DNA of 64,000 nucleotides from the IMG/VR virus record IMGVR_UViG_3300013132_000024; one strand, written 5' to 3'. This DNA comes from an uncultured virus (IMG/VR IMGVR_UViG_3300013132_000024) (Duplodnaviria > Heunggongvirae > Uroviricota > Caudoviricetes). The position numbers were made by a program, and so were the translations under genes. This document shows, in pieces, positions 10,685 through 20,699 of this stretch (the first letter of the stretch is position 1; each line of letters opens with the position of its first letter). Under the pieces are notes generated by a model. It was not told the origin of the DNA and ran no database searches. It was given only the letters and a program-made list of their open reading frames with translations.

Positions 10685-12157
10685 TTATACACCTTCTACA
10701 ATTTCTTCTATTTTTAACAATTCTTCTTCAGAAAAATAATCGTACATTTTTGAATCAAAATATTCTTCGACCAATTTAACTTTATGTCTTTTTTCAAAAT
10801 ATGCTTTTAAATGTGCATGATTGTTAGCTTTTGTAGGTTTATCTGGTAATGATCCTGTTACTTTTTTAGTCAAACTCTTAAAAGTAGGAGCATCTAATTT
10901 TCTACTAGCATGATGTAAATGTAATGCAAAAGATTCAGAATCACCTTTATTATTTGCAACAGACATATGTCTATGATGGAAATGTTCAGGATCACCAGTT
11001 ATTTCTAATTTAGGTTTTTTAGCGGCCGGTGTTTTTCTTTCTTGCGCTGCAATTATAGATTTACTTTTTCCTTCTAATGTAGCAATATGATCTATCATAC
11101 CAGCCTTAGTTTTTGGTAAAGGACCTTCGTGTTCATAATGATGTGTTAATAAATGATGAATTTCTGTTGCTCTCATTTTAGAATCATCTCTAAGAGCTTG
11201 TATACCAACTTTATATTGATGACCTTTTGTTGCTGTTAATCTTATAAAATGTGCTTTAGTTTGATTAACATCCAATGGTGCTGCTGTTCTAGTAGCTTTT
11301 AATGCTGCTGATGCTGTTTTTGCCTTTAGTTCAGTATTTACTACTGATTTTGCTACTGGTTCAGCTTTTGCTTTTGGTTCAGTCTTTACTACTGATTTTG
11401 CTACTGGTTCAGCTTTTGCTTTTGGTTCAGCTTTTAGTTCATCAGAAACTGTAGGGTTACGTGGTTTAGGAAGTTTTACCTTTTTTGTATCTATTGGAAT
11501 TTTCTTACCTAATGCAGCCATTGCAGCATCTACAGCACCTTTACCAGCAGTTGATTTAGGTTTAGATTTAGGTTTAACTTTTTTTGGTTCGTCTACACTT
11601 ATTTTATGTCCTGACGCAGCCATTGCAGCATCTACAGCACCTTTTCCTGCTTTTGGTTCAGATTTAGATTTAGCCGCTTTCCATTTATCATATAGGCCAT
11701 GTTTATCTGCATATGCTCCAATAGGATCTATATCTTGAAAACCTGATAAACGTCTTTGGTTTGCTAATACCCTTTTAGCTAATATAGATTGTTGAGTTTT
11801 TCCTGCTACAAGAGTGCCTTTTGGTCTGTTTCTTAATTCTCTTTTAGGATCTGCATCTGCTATTTCTCGTTGTACTTTTGATTTAGATTCTGCTATTCTA
11901 AATTTACTTCTTTTAACAGCAACAGCTAATTCGTTATCAATTCCTTCAGTATTATCGTTATCACCTGGTTTTCTTACTGATGGTCTTAAAAGAGAATTTA
12001 TTTTCTTTCTATAATATGATTTATCAGGAGCTTTAACAGCTCTTAAAGGAGGAATAACTGGTTCTTTTTCTTCATTTATATTGTCTATTTTATTCCCTAA
12101 TACTTTACTTACTGTATCTATTAAAGATTGAGATAGACCGAATTTTTTTATATACAT
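10685..12157 (-). CDS. Lys/Ala-rich low-complexity protein, possible internal head protein
   Basis: 490 aa with repeats EPKAKAEPVAKSVV x2 and AGKGAVDAAMAA x2. Confidence 0.6.
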   Translation of the reverse strand: MYIKKFGLSQSLIDTVSKVLGNKIDNINEEKEPVIPPLRAVKAPDKSYYRKKINSLLRPSVRKPGDNDNTEGIDNELAVAVKRSKFRIAESKSKVQREIADADPKRELRNRPKGTLVAGKTQQSILAKRVLANQRRLSGFQDIDPIGAYADKHGLYDKWKAAKSKSEPKAGKGAVDAAMAASGHKISVDEPKKVKPKSKPKSTAGKGAVDAAMAALGKKIPIDTKKVKLPKPRNPTVSDELKAEPKAKAEPVAKSVVKTEPKAKAEPVAKSVVNTELKAKTASAALKATRTAAPLDVNQTKAHFIRLTATKGHQYKVGIQALRDDSKMRATEIHHLLTHHYEHEGPLPKTKAGMIDHIATLEGKSKSIIAAQERKTPAAKKPKLEITGDPEHFHHRHMSVANNKGDSESFALHLHHASRKLDAPTFKSLTKKVTGSLPDKPTKANNHAHLKAYFEKRHKVKLVEEYFDSKMYDYFSEEELLKIEEIVEGV

Positions 12158-12160
12158 AAA

Positions 12161-12703
12161 TTATTCCTTTTCCGCTTTCTTAATATCTGGTCTAATAATT
12201 ATATTAGAACTCTTTTTATTTTTATTTTTGGGTTCAGTTGGTTTAACCCAATTAGAATCATGATCTTCTTCATCTATAATTTTATTTTGTATTTGAGCTT
12301 TAGTTACAATTCTTTTAATAACAGTCAAAGTTTGGCCAGGAGTACTTTTTTTATAATTATCAACTAATTCTCTAGACCCATCAAATCTAGAACTAGGTAA
12401 TTTAGAATTTTTAGTATGTTTTTCTTCTGATTCTATTAAATCTCTATCTAAATCTGCTGCAAATCCACCCGCAATAAACGAGTTAACCCTGTCAAACGCA
12501 AATTGTGTTCTAGTTCCTTTAAATCCTTTATTCCAGATAGTATATCCTCTATAATATACTTCTTCTAAAATAGGTAAAGATAATCCAGAAATTTTTGATT
12601 TTTTATACAAAGATAATTTTACTTTAGATGGTATGGCCATGGTAGAACCTAAATGTTCTACAAGTTGCTGAGGTTCAATAATGTTTACTAATTTCTTTAC
12701 CAT
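12161..12703 (-). CDS. Hypothetical late protein
   Basis: 180 aa; LEEVYYRG...QFAFDRVNSFI motif. Confidence 0.6.
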   Translation of the reverse strand: MVKKLVNIIEPQQLVEHLGSTMAIPSKVKLSLYKKSKISGLSLPILEEVYYRGYTIWNKGFKGTRTQFAFDRVNSFIAGGFAADLDRDLIESEEKHTKNSKLPSSRFDGSRELVDNYKKSTPGQTLTVIKRIVTKAQIQNKIIDEEDHDSNWVKPTEPKNKNKKSSNIIIRPDIKKAEKE

Positions 12704-12773
12704 TGGAGGTTCCCTATAGGCTTATCCAAGAACATATGCAGGTCTACTCATGGCCTTACTGCACTAACAGTTC

Positions 12774-12781
12774 TATTTATA
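12774..12781 (-). promoter_or_regulatory. T4-type late promoter
   Basis: TATAAATA in intergenic gap. Confidence 0.6.
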
Positions 12782-12845
12782 TATTTTAATTTTCTAATAG
12801 GTTGTTTTAACGAATCTAAATCTTATTTTTTCACAATTTTTTCTT

Positions 12846-13790
12846 TTAAACCTTTAATACAGCAGTATTTGTGCCCCTGAACATATTAACATTACCAGGA
12901 TTACCATTTTTAACAGATATTCTCGATAATACACCAGCTGCTTTATGCAAATGACCTATTACACTAAGTGTAGAATCAAATGCTCTCTTATTTTCATATA
13001 CTTCATCTGACATTTTACCAAATTTCTGTGGATTTCCTGATAATTTTGATTTAAAATAATTCAAATAGCTTTCTGCAGTATGTTTTTCTTGCATACCATG
13101 TTGAATATAATCTTCTATATGACGTTCATGACCTTTTATTGCATCAAAATCATCCGGATCTAATTTTGAATAAGAATTTCTTACAGCGTTCATATGAATT
13201 CTGAATTCGTGTTGAGAATCAACATCAAAATGCAAAGGATTTGATCTTATTTCTGGATTTACAGTATATACATCTGGATGAACTTGAAACTTTGCTTTGT
13301 GTGCATTAGTCAACAAATTTCCTTGATGATCTGACTCAATAGCAATACCCATATTAGCATTAGATTTTGGTAGATAATCTGGTATATCATTTTTATCTGT
13401 ATACAATACTCTTCCTTTATACATACCACCGCTTGCAGGAATAATCTTTGGTAATTCTGATAAAGAAACTTTTAATTTTTTACCAAGAACAGGATTTGTT
13501 TTATAATCGTGATTTATTTCTTCTGGAGAAAAACTATCATTAACACCATTAGATACGAAAAATTTTTTGGTTTTAGGATGTATACCAAAAGTAATTGGCG
13601 TTCCTGGTAAATCTACCATTGTTCTCATAGTAGATTTACGCCCTAACATAGTTTTCCTTAAATTTTCTAACATATCATGTGAAGTAGCTATGCCTTCATG
13701 ACTATGATATAATGGAAGAAATTGTACTTGTTTTCTGTTTGCTAAATCAAATATATTTTCTTCTACTATATAATCTTTAAATTTTTTCAT
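12846..13790 (-). CDS. Hypothetical late protein with capsid-targeting-like N-terminus
   Basis: 314 aa, starts MKKFKDYIVEE. Confidence 0.6.
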   Translation of the reverse strand: MKKFKDYIVEENIFDLANRKQVQFLPLYHSHEGIATSHDMLENLRKTMLGRKSTMRTMVDLPGTPITFGIHPKTKKFFVSNGVNDSFSPEEINHDYKTNPVLGKKLKVSLSELPKIIPASGGMYKGRVLYTDKNDIPDYLPKSNANMGIAIESDHQGNLLTNAHKAKFQVHPDVYTVNPEIRSNPLHFDVDSQHEFRIHMNAVRNSYSKLDPDDFDAIKGHERHIEDYIQHGMQEKHTAESYLNYFKSKLSGNPQKFGKMSDEVYENKRAFDSTLSVIGHLHKAAGVLSRISVKNGNPGNVNMFRGTNTAVLKV

Positions 13791-13812
13791 TTACATCCTC
13801 AATATTTTTACA

Positions 13813-13820
13813 TATTTATA
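13813..13820 (-). promoter_or_regulatory. T4-type late promoter
   Basis: TATAAATA followed by GAGGA RBS. Confidence 0.6.
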
Positions 13821-13824
13821 TAAC

Positions 13825-13858
13825 AAAAAAATCCAGGGGATTGCTCCCCTGGATTTTT
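13825..13858. terminator. Intrinsic terminator (bidirectional)
   Basis: AAAAAAATCCAGGGGA-TTGC-TCCCCTGGATTTTT perfect hairpin with T tracts on both strands. Confidence 0.85.
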
Positions 13859-13884
13859 CTAATCGACGATAGACTGCTCGGCGA

Positions 13885-14076
13885 TCAGTCGCCGGAGTAA
13901 TCCTCCTGAATCTTCCAGAACCGCTTCCAGTAGGAAGGACAGACGATCGTCGCGCCGACGGTCTTGAAGTAGGTGCAGGTGTTCTTGGTCGTAGCGCCGA
14001 CGGCCGAAGACGTAGAGATCGGGACGACGAACACAGAAGCGGCGAACAACACCATCAAAAAGTTCTTCATAGCCAT
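13885..14076 (-). CDS. Small secreted protein, GC-rich
   Basis: Signal-peptide-like N-terminus, two Cys, AAGGA RBS, own promoter and terminator. Confidence 0.65.
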   Translation of the reverse strand: MAMKNFLMVLFAASVFVVPISTSSAVGATTKNTCTYFKTVGATIVCPSYWKRFWKIQEDYSGD

Positions 14077-14120
14077 ATTCCTTTCGTTTTTGTATTGAAG
14101 GAGTACCCCTCAATAATATT

Positions 14121-14149
14121 AATATAGTATTATTATTTTAAGAAGTAAA
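14121..14149 (-). promoter_or_regulatory. Early (sigma70-like) phage promoter
   Basis: AAAAGAAC-TTTACT-N17-TATATT. Confidence 0.65.
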
Positions 14150-14338
14150 GTTCTTTTTATGTAAAATATACTTAAATTCAATTAAAAAAAACGCTGGAGT
14201 CCATCCATCAAACCCTCCTCCTAAATTTAGATGTTTTAATCGTTCTTTAGCTTTTTTTTCGTCTGAAATAGATTGTATAATTTGATCTGTTTGAGTTTCA
14301 TGTATATCTGATTTATTTTTTAATCTATAATTTATCAT
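14138..14338 (-). CDS. Conserved T4-like hypothetical protein
   Basis: LNLGGGFDGWTPAFF motif, downstream of gene 41. Confidence 0.65.
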   Translation of the reverse strand: MINYRLKNKSDIHETQTDQIIQSISDEKKAKERLKHLNLGGGFDGWTPAFFLIEFKYILHKKNFTS

Positions 14339-14347
14339 ATTGTCCTC

Positions 14348-15745
14348 TTAAACAAAATCATCAAACATATTTGTAGAAAATTTCTTCTTTTTCTTTGATC
14401 TTTCTATTTCTTCTTCTCCAAAAGTTGTTTTATCCATTATAGGACCGTCTAATATATCTTCTTGTGCATTTTGTTCAACATCATATAATTTCATTTTTGC
14501 TCTGTCAATACCAACCACAAACCTTCTATTATGAGAAGGATCTGCATCACGATTCTTTAATTGTTTAACCATGATTTGATTAAGTTGTTCTAACTCTTCT
14601 GTAGATATTAACGCAAACATTAAATCAGCAGTAGCTGGCAATCCAAAAGATTCAGAAGTATCTTCCAATCCAATATCGCTATTATTATACCCTCCTCTTG
14701 TTGTTTGAGTAGCTGAAACTACGGGAACATTAAATTCCACCGCTAATCCTCTTAACTCTTCTGCTATTGCTTTTACATAAGTATAAGAATTAACATTAGC
14801 TCCTGCTTTTAATCTAGAAGACATACAAATATTGATATAATCTATATAGATAATATCTGGAATAAATTTCTTCTTAATTCTTAACTCGTTAATTAAATGT
14901 CGAAAATTAGCAGCACCAGCATTCGCAGTAGGATATTCTTTAATAATTAATCTTCCATTAGTTTTATTGTTAAGTTTATGTACTTTAGATTCAAATACAT
15001 CTTTTGGTAATTGTTTTAATTCTTCTATAGTAATATTCATCAAATTAGCATCAATACGTTCTGCTATTTTTTCTTCTGCCATTTCCATAGTGATATATAA
15101 TACATTCAACCCTGCTAAAAGATTAGCAGCAGCAAAGTGACACATAAAGAACGATTTACCAACACCAGTTCCTGCTAAAATAATATTTAAAGTTTTCCTA
15201 GACAAACCACCATTGGTGATTTTATTAAAGTATTCTAAATCGAAAGAAATCTTTATTTCTTTATTATGATAGAATTCGTATCTTTTATCATAATCTGCTA
15301 TAAAATCATGCCCAATATGGGTATCAAAAGATACTGCAAGAGCATCTGAAAGTATCTGTGGTATTAACCCTTTAGATACTTTTCCAGATTTATCACCTAC
15401 AATTTCAATGCTTTTAAACAAAGCATTATGAATTGCTCTTTCTTGACAGAATTCTTCAGTTTTATCGACTAACCATTCTAAATTTTCTTGTTTTAATTGT
15501 AGATTAGATATAATTTCCTTACATTTTTTATTTGTTTCTTCATTTGTATTTACATTATCTAAATCAACGAATAAAGCTTCCTTTGAGGGAAGCTTATTGT
15601 ATTTCTTTATATAAGAATCTATTATGTTATAAAGAATTTTATCAGGATATTCAGAAAAATATTCTTCTTTTATAAATGGAATAACTTTTCTGGTATATTG
15701 TTCGTTATATACTAGATTTGTAAGTATTAAATCTGTAAAATTCAT
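14348..15745 (-). CDS. 41: Replicative DNA helicase (T4 gp41-like)
   Basis: AGTGVGKS Walker A, TMEMAEE, IDYINI, SESFGLPATAD, KQLKNR. Confidence 0.95.
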   Translation of the reverse strand: MNFTDLILTNLVYNEQYTRKVIPFIKEEYFSEYPDKILYNIIDSYIKKYNKLPSKEALFVDLDNVNTNEETNKKCKEIISNLQLKQENLEWLVDKTEEFCQERAIHNALFKSIEIVGDKSGKVSKGLIPQILSDALAVSFDTHIGHDFIADYDKRYEFYHNKEIKISFDLEYFNKITNGGLSRKTLNIILAGTGVGKSFFMCHFAAANLLAGLNVLYITMEMAEEKIAERIDANLMNITIEELKQLPKDVFESKVHKLNNKTNGRLIIKEYPTANAGAANFRHLINELRIKKKFIPDIIYIDYINICMSSRLKAGANVNSYTYVKAIAEELRGLAVEFNVPVVSATQTTRGGYNNSDIGLEDTSESFGLPATADLMFALISTEELEQLNQIMVKQLKNRDADPSHNRRFVVGIDRAKMKLYDVEQNAQEDILDGPIMDKTTFGEEEIERSKKKKKFSTNMFDDFV

Positions 15746-16785
15746 TGATCTCCTTCATCATTTAGTAGTATCACCGTACCTATTTTATACTTGTTTTCTA
15801 TATAATCTTTAAAATCTGTTTTTTCTAAAAGTTCTTTCCAGAAAATAGAATTATCTATAATATCTGATGCACGGTAATTTTTTTCTCCTAATTCACCTGT
15901 TTTACGGTCTACTAACGTATACCAACCCGCCTTGGGCTTAGCTAGGTAATTACCCTCTAAAGCTACGTCAAACAAGCCTGAATACTTATTGATTCCTCCT
16001 TCATATGATATAGTTATAGGGATTTTAGATTTTTCTTTAACATATCTTGATTTTTCAACATTTATAACAAAATGATATCCTGCTATTTCAGTACCATCTT
16101 TATCCTGTTGTCTACCAAGAATCCAGATATTATCCGCACCATAATATGCACCAGTACCACCACCAACAATATCTTTAGGATACATTCCTATTTCTTTGTA
16201 GGTATGATTAACCACTATCATTGGTATATTTTTTAAAGATAAATGTGGCGTGACCATACGAAATAATGATTTCAATTGCTTAGCTCTAGACATATCTGCT
16301 ACAGATTTTTGATCTAAAGCGTCCTCTACTTCCTTCTTTGAAGCAAGATTACCGATAGAATCAATAGCTATCAAAACTTCATCTTCACGATCAATATTCT
16401 TCAATTGATTCATAATATCGAATTTAAGTTCTTCTATATCAGTAATTGGTGTGTGTACTATGGATTCTTTATTAATATTAAAGGAATCAATATAAGATTC
16501 TGGTGTTCCGAATTCGGAATCATAAAATAAAACTATACCATCAGGATGTTTTTTTAAAAATGCTGAAATTAATAATAAAGCAAATCCTGTTTTGAAGTGT
16601 TTAGATGGACCTGCTAACATAGTTAGTCCAGGAGTTAATCCACCATCTAATGTTCCTGATAATGCTACATTAATCATAGGAACAGGAGTCGGTATAATAT
16701 CTTTCTTGCCGTATATTTTTGATTCTGTTAATTTTGATGTATATTTGATTGTACTATTTTTTATTAATTTATCTCTTAAACTCAT
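15742..16785 (-). CDS. uvsX: RecA-like recombinase
   Basis: GPSKHFKT, FYDSEFG, DSIGNLASKKE, VGGGTG. Confidence 0.95.
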   Translation of the reverse strand: MSLRDKLIKNSTIKYTSKLTESKIYGKKDIIPTPVPMINVALSGTLDGGLTPGLTMLAGPSKHFKTGFALLLISAFLKKHPDGIVLFYDSEFGTPESYIDSFNINKESIVHTPITDIEELKFDIMNQLKNIDREDEVLIAIDSIGNLASKKEVEDALDQKSVADMSRAKQLKSLFRMVTPHLSLKNIPMIVVNHTYKEIGMYPKDIVGGGTGAYYGADNIWILGRQQDKDGTEIAGYHFVINVEKSRYVKEKSKIPITISYEGGINKYSGLFDVALEGNYLAKPKAGWYTLVDRKTGELGEKNYRASDIIDNSIFWKELLEKTDFKDYIENKYKIGTVILLNDEGDQ

Positions 16786-17668
16786 GTATTATCTATTACC
16801 TTTCTACATATTTGTCGTATAATTTCTGTATTCATATTTTTCCAATAATACTCATTGCTTCTTTATATGTCGGGTATTCTTTCTTATGTTTTTTTGTCGT
16901 TTTAAGGTCTAATACACCATATTTTGTATAATTCGTTTCTAAAAGTATTATTCATCAACAACTTATAACCTAAATTCTTATCCATATTATTTTCCTTCAA
17001 TATAAGTATTCATTTTCTTAATAAATTCTTCTATTTTTGGTTTTCTGTTTGGCCACTTAATAATTTCGTTATCAGGATTTGCCATCAAATTATTCAATAA
17101 TGGCAAAATCATATCTCTTAGACCATATAGTTTTGTTTTATCTTCTATTGTAAGTTCTATTTCTTTGTGTGTAGAAAACCCAAAATCAAAATCTGTTTTC
17201 ATCTTTGTACTACTCCAATTCTTACCTGCTAATCCATTAAACGCCAAGTCGTCTAAATATTTATGTCTGTTTGCACAATCACATACTTTAAAAACACCAC
17301 AAGGGCATCCTCCACCTTGATCCCATGTTGTCATTATATTGAACTTTCTTCGTATTTACAAGTTGTATAATTATACTCTTGAAATTCTTGACACTTATAA
17401 CATTTTCTATAAAAATATGGTATATTTTGCCAATTGAACCATTCATGTTCACAAAGAGTTTTTATATATGGATGTTGTTTTACTTCTACATCCATAATCC
17501 AATATTTGCCATGATCCATCACATACATAATCTTGGTTATTTCCCAATTAATATACCCTTCTGGCAAACTTCTTTCAATAATGTATCCTATATCTATATA
17601 TTCTTCTATTCTTTTAGTTCTATCTAAATACTTGCCGTTTTCATCATAACAATTTATATATGTTACAC

Positions 17669-18043
17669 TTATTCTGTCGCCCAATCTGGTTCTGTTCCCG
17701 CATCAAACATGTAATCATGAAATAATTCTTCATGTTGCTTAATATCTCGTAAGGCAACAAAATAAACAATATCACCATAAAGTGGATCACTATCCCAAAT
17801 CTTTTCAACATTAGGGTTCAAAGAATGATTTATAATAGTGCCCCAACCTAATACAATTCTGGAAGTTCCATCAGGAAATTCAAAATAGTAGTTCCAAAGA
17901 TTTGTTTTCTTAATAATATCGGAGTCATTCTTGTTAATATATATTGTGTAATTAGCTTCTATGATTTCTCCTTTATTAATATCTACAGCAGCAAAAATAC
18001 CACGTCCCCTTTTTTTGGAGATAGCTATATAAATTTTAGTCAT
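17669..18043 (-). CDS. SET-domain protein-lysine methyltransferase
   Basis: GRGIFA, INHSLNPN, EELFHDY motifs. Confidence 0.88.
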   Translation of the reverse strand: MTKIYIAISKKRGRGIFAAVDINKGEIIEANYTIYINKNDSDIIKKTNLWNYYFEFPDGTSRIVLGWGTIINHSLNPNVEKIWDSDPLYGDIVYFVALRDIKQHEELFHDYMFDAGTEPDWATE

Positions 18044-18236
18044 TTTAAAGTTTCTTTTAATGACATATATTCTTCTTTAGTTAATTCTTCAGATTTACCG
18101 CAATTTGGACATTTCTGACAAGGAATAATAAGCTTTGCTAGAGGAATAAAACTAGCAATCCATTTATACCTATTATTTCTATCATAAGGCCATAATGCAG
18201 TTCCTAATTTCATATCTATATCACATTTATTACACT

Positions 18237-20699
18237 TCATGAAAAGAAATCCTCTAATGTTGATATCTGTTCAGGTTGCCATCCAATAACATTGGTTATA
18301 CTCTTTAATGGTTCTAAAAATCCCTTGTTAAATTGCTCTTCTCTATCAATATACTTATCCAATTCGAATTCAATAGGTAATTTATCAGGAGCAGCTATAA
18401 CTGTATCATTTATAGGATTAGGCTTCTTAAGATATGTGAATTTTATTTTTTCACCATCTTTAATAGGAGGAATATTCTTAATACCATTCTTCTTCAATAA
18501 GCTATTAAACAACAACGAACCTTTTACTTGTATTGGTGTTCCTTTGCTGTATATTGTATTCTTATCGCTATACTTATCTAATCCATTAACACCTCTCGGA
18601 AATGCTATCTCCTCAAAAGATAAAGTGTTAAATTTAGCTCTAAACGAACATACATAATATTTTAAATCTTCTTCGGATTTATTCATTATAATATTTAACG
18701 AATCTTTAATAGCTTTTCTGCAAGCATTAGGAGTAGAAGAACGTACTGCTTCGATACCAGTCATTTTTAATTCTGGTTTTTTAAATTGAACGCCCTCAAT
18801 ATTCCAGGCGTTCAAAATATACATCTTAGCAGCTTTCCAGATACCCTTGTTGGCTATTGTTTCTCTTTTCATACGCATCTTTTGTTGATACGCACCCATT
18901 GTATTATATAACGATTCAAAAGACTTATTAATTATTGGTTGTATTTTGACTTCACAGAATTTATCTATAGCCTTAACAATAGTCAATTCATCAACGTTTC
19001 CTAATGTTTTTGCTAAAGGTTCTAAATTAAGATATATGGAATCTGTATCTGAAGCTATAACATAATCTAAATTATCAGTCATCAATATATTATTTAAGAA
19101 TATATTAATATCTTTTTCAATCCAACGAACCGATAATTGTCCTGATGTAGTTACTGCTTCTGCGTGATTAAAACTAAACCATCTAAAATATTCATTACCT
19201 AATGCACCATAAGCTGAATTCAATTGAATCTTTTTAGCTAACTGTGAATTATGATACTTTGCTATAACTTTCTTTAACTCAGGATCTTTAGTTTCTTCAT
19301 ATTTCTTTTTGGCTTCTATCATCAAGTTTTTGTATTTTACACGATCGTTATACATAGTCTCCATTAATTCAGCCAAGAACCCTTGTTTTTCTTTACTATA
19401 CACACAACCATTAGCTGTTACAGAATATTCTGATTTGTTTTCATAAAACCCATTAATGATTCTGTCTATAGAAGGGAAATTAGGTATTCTTTCAATAAAT
19501 ACATCAGGAGATATATTATATTGCATGATTAAATGTGGATACAAAGAATCAAGATCAAAAGATACTACCCATCGACTTAGCCCTATTTTAGGTTCTTTCA
19601 CATATCCACCAACCAGAGGCCCTGGCATTTTCTGTTTTTTAAATTGTGGAATTACAATTTTTTTCTTCATTAAGTGTTTATGAATAATTACATCCCAAGG
19701 TTTAACCGTGGCTAATGTATCATCATAATTTACTAATGCGTCATAAGCGAATGCTATAACCTGTTGAATAAATCCTAGCTTCTCTTCTAATTTGTCTACA
19801 AGTATAGTATCCTGAATATTATATTCAATGAATTTTTGAAAATTATTTCTATATAAAGAATCTAACGAACCATATTTACTATAATCTAATTTATTTCCAA
19901 CACCCTCTACTTGAGATATGTAATCAAGTTTATAAGATTCTTGATTAGAGAACTTTAATTTTCTATACAATCTATAATAATCTAACGTGGTTATACCAAT
20001 TAGATCGTATATATCGCTTTCCCTATTCTGTATTTCTACTGTTCTTTTTTGTACAATTTTCCAGGGAGATAATGTTTCTGCTAAATATTTACTTAAAATT
20101 ACACATATTCTATTATAGAGATATGGGATGTCAAAAAACTCTACATACCAACCAGTAACAATATCTGGTTTAATATGATTCCAAAGAGCCAGGAATTTAG
20201 AAAGTAGTTGGTGTTCGTCTTTACATTTCATATATTTGATATTTTCATCTTCAGATGTAAAATCACCACAACCGAAGACATACGAAATGCCGTTTTTACG
20301 AACAGTGATAGCTGTTATTTCTTTATCTGCCTTTTCCATATCAGGAAAGCTATCAGCAGAATCAACTTCAATATCTAAAGATACTATGGATATTAGAGAA
20401 GTATCATAATCCATATTCCTAAAATTATCATAGATATATGTATATGTAAAATTGGTTAAACCGTAAATATTAAATCCTTCAACATCTTCATATGATCTGA
20501 TAAATTCTCTAGCTTCTGCTATAGAGTCAAAGTTTATCTTACCAACACGTTTATTATTGATAGTAGAATACTCTGTACCTTTACCTTGTAAAAACAGATA
20601 AGGTTTATATTCTTCTATATTTTGAAACGATCTACCGTCTTCGTAACCACGAGAATATATTTTATTTCCGCGTTGAAATACATTTGTGTAAAATTTCAT
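18237..20699 (-). CDS. 43: Family B DNA polymerase (T4 gp43-like)
   Basis: DIE exonuclease, SFDLDSLYP, KIQLNSAYGALGN, SDTDS. Confidence 0.97.
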   Translation of the reverse strand: MKFYTNVFQRGNKIYSRGYEDGRSFQNIEEYKPYLFLQGKGTEYSTINNKRVGKINFDSIAEAREFIRSYEDVEGFNIYGLTNFTYTYIYDNFRNMDYDTSLISIVSLDIEVDSADSFPDMEKADKEITAITVRKNGISYVFGCGDFTSEDENIKYMKCKDEHQLLSKFLALWNHIKPDIVTGWYVEFFDIPYLYNRICVILSKYLAETLSPWKIVQKRTVEIQNRESDIYDLIGITTLDYYRLYRKLKFSNQESYKLDYISQVEGVGNKLDYSKYGSLDSLYRNNFQKFIEYNIQDTILVDKLEEKLGFIQQVIAFAYDALVNYDDTLATVKPWDVIIHKHLMKKKIVIPQFKKQKMPGPLVGGYVKEPKIGLSRWVVSFDLDSLYPHLIMQYNISPDVFIERIPNFPSIDRIINGFYENKSEYSVTANGCVYSKEKQGFLAELMETMYNDRVKYKNLMIEAKKKYEETKDPELKKVIAKYHNSQLAKKIQLNSAYGALGNEYFRWFSFNHAEAVTTSGQLSVRWIEKDINIFLNNILMTDNLDYVIASDTDSIYLNLEPLAKTLGNVDELTIVKAIDKFCEVKIQPIINKSFESLYNTMGAYQQKMRMKRETIANKGIWKAAKMYILNAWNIEGVQFKKPELKMTGIEAVRSSTPNACRKAIKDSLNIIMNKSEEDLKYYVCSFRAKFNTLSFEEIAFPRGVNGLDKYSDKNTIYSKGTPIQVKGSLLFNSLLKKNGIKNIPPIKDGEKIKFTYLKKPNPINDTVIAAPDKLPIEFELDKYIDREEQFNKGFLEPLKSITNVIGWQPEQISTLEDFFS

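Noticed and set aside
13859..14113. 84 aa alternative frame in the GC-rich cassette
   Set aside because: The 63 aa frame has the RBS, signal peptide and GC-ending codons
18292..19683. Plus-strand ORFs inside gene 43 (and similar shadows elsewhere)
   Set aside because: Antisense shadows of well-supported genes
3776..20699. Introns or inteins in nrdJ, gene 41, uvsX, gene 43
   Set aside because: ORFs are continuous and of normal length with no intein termini
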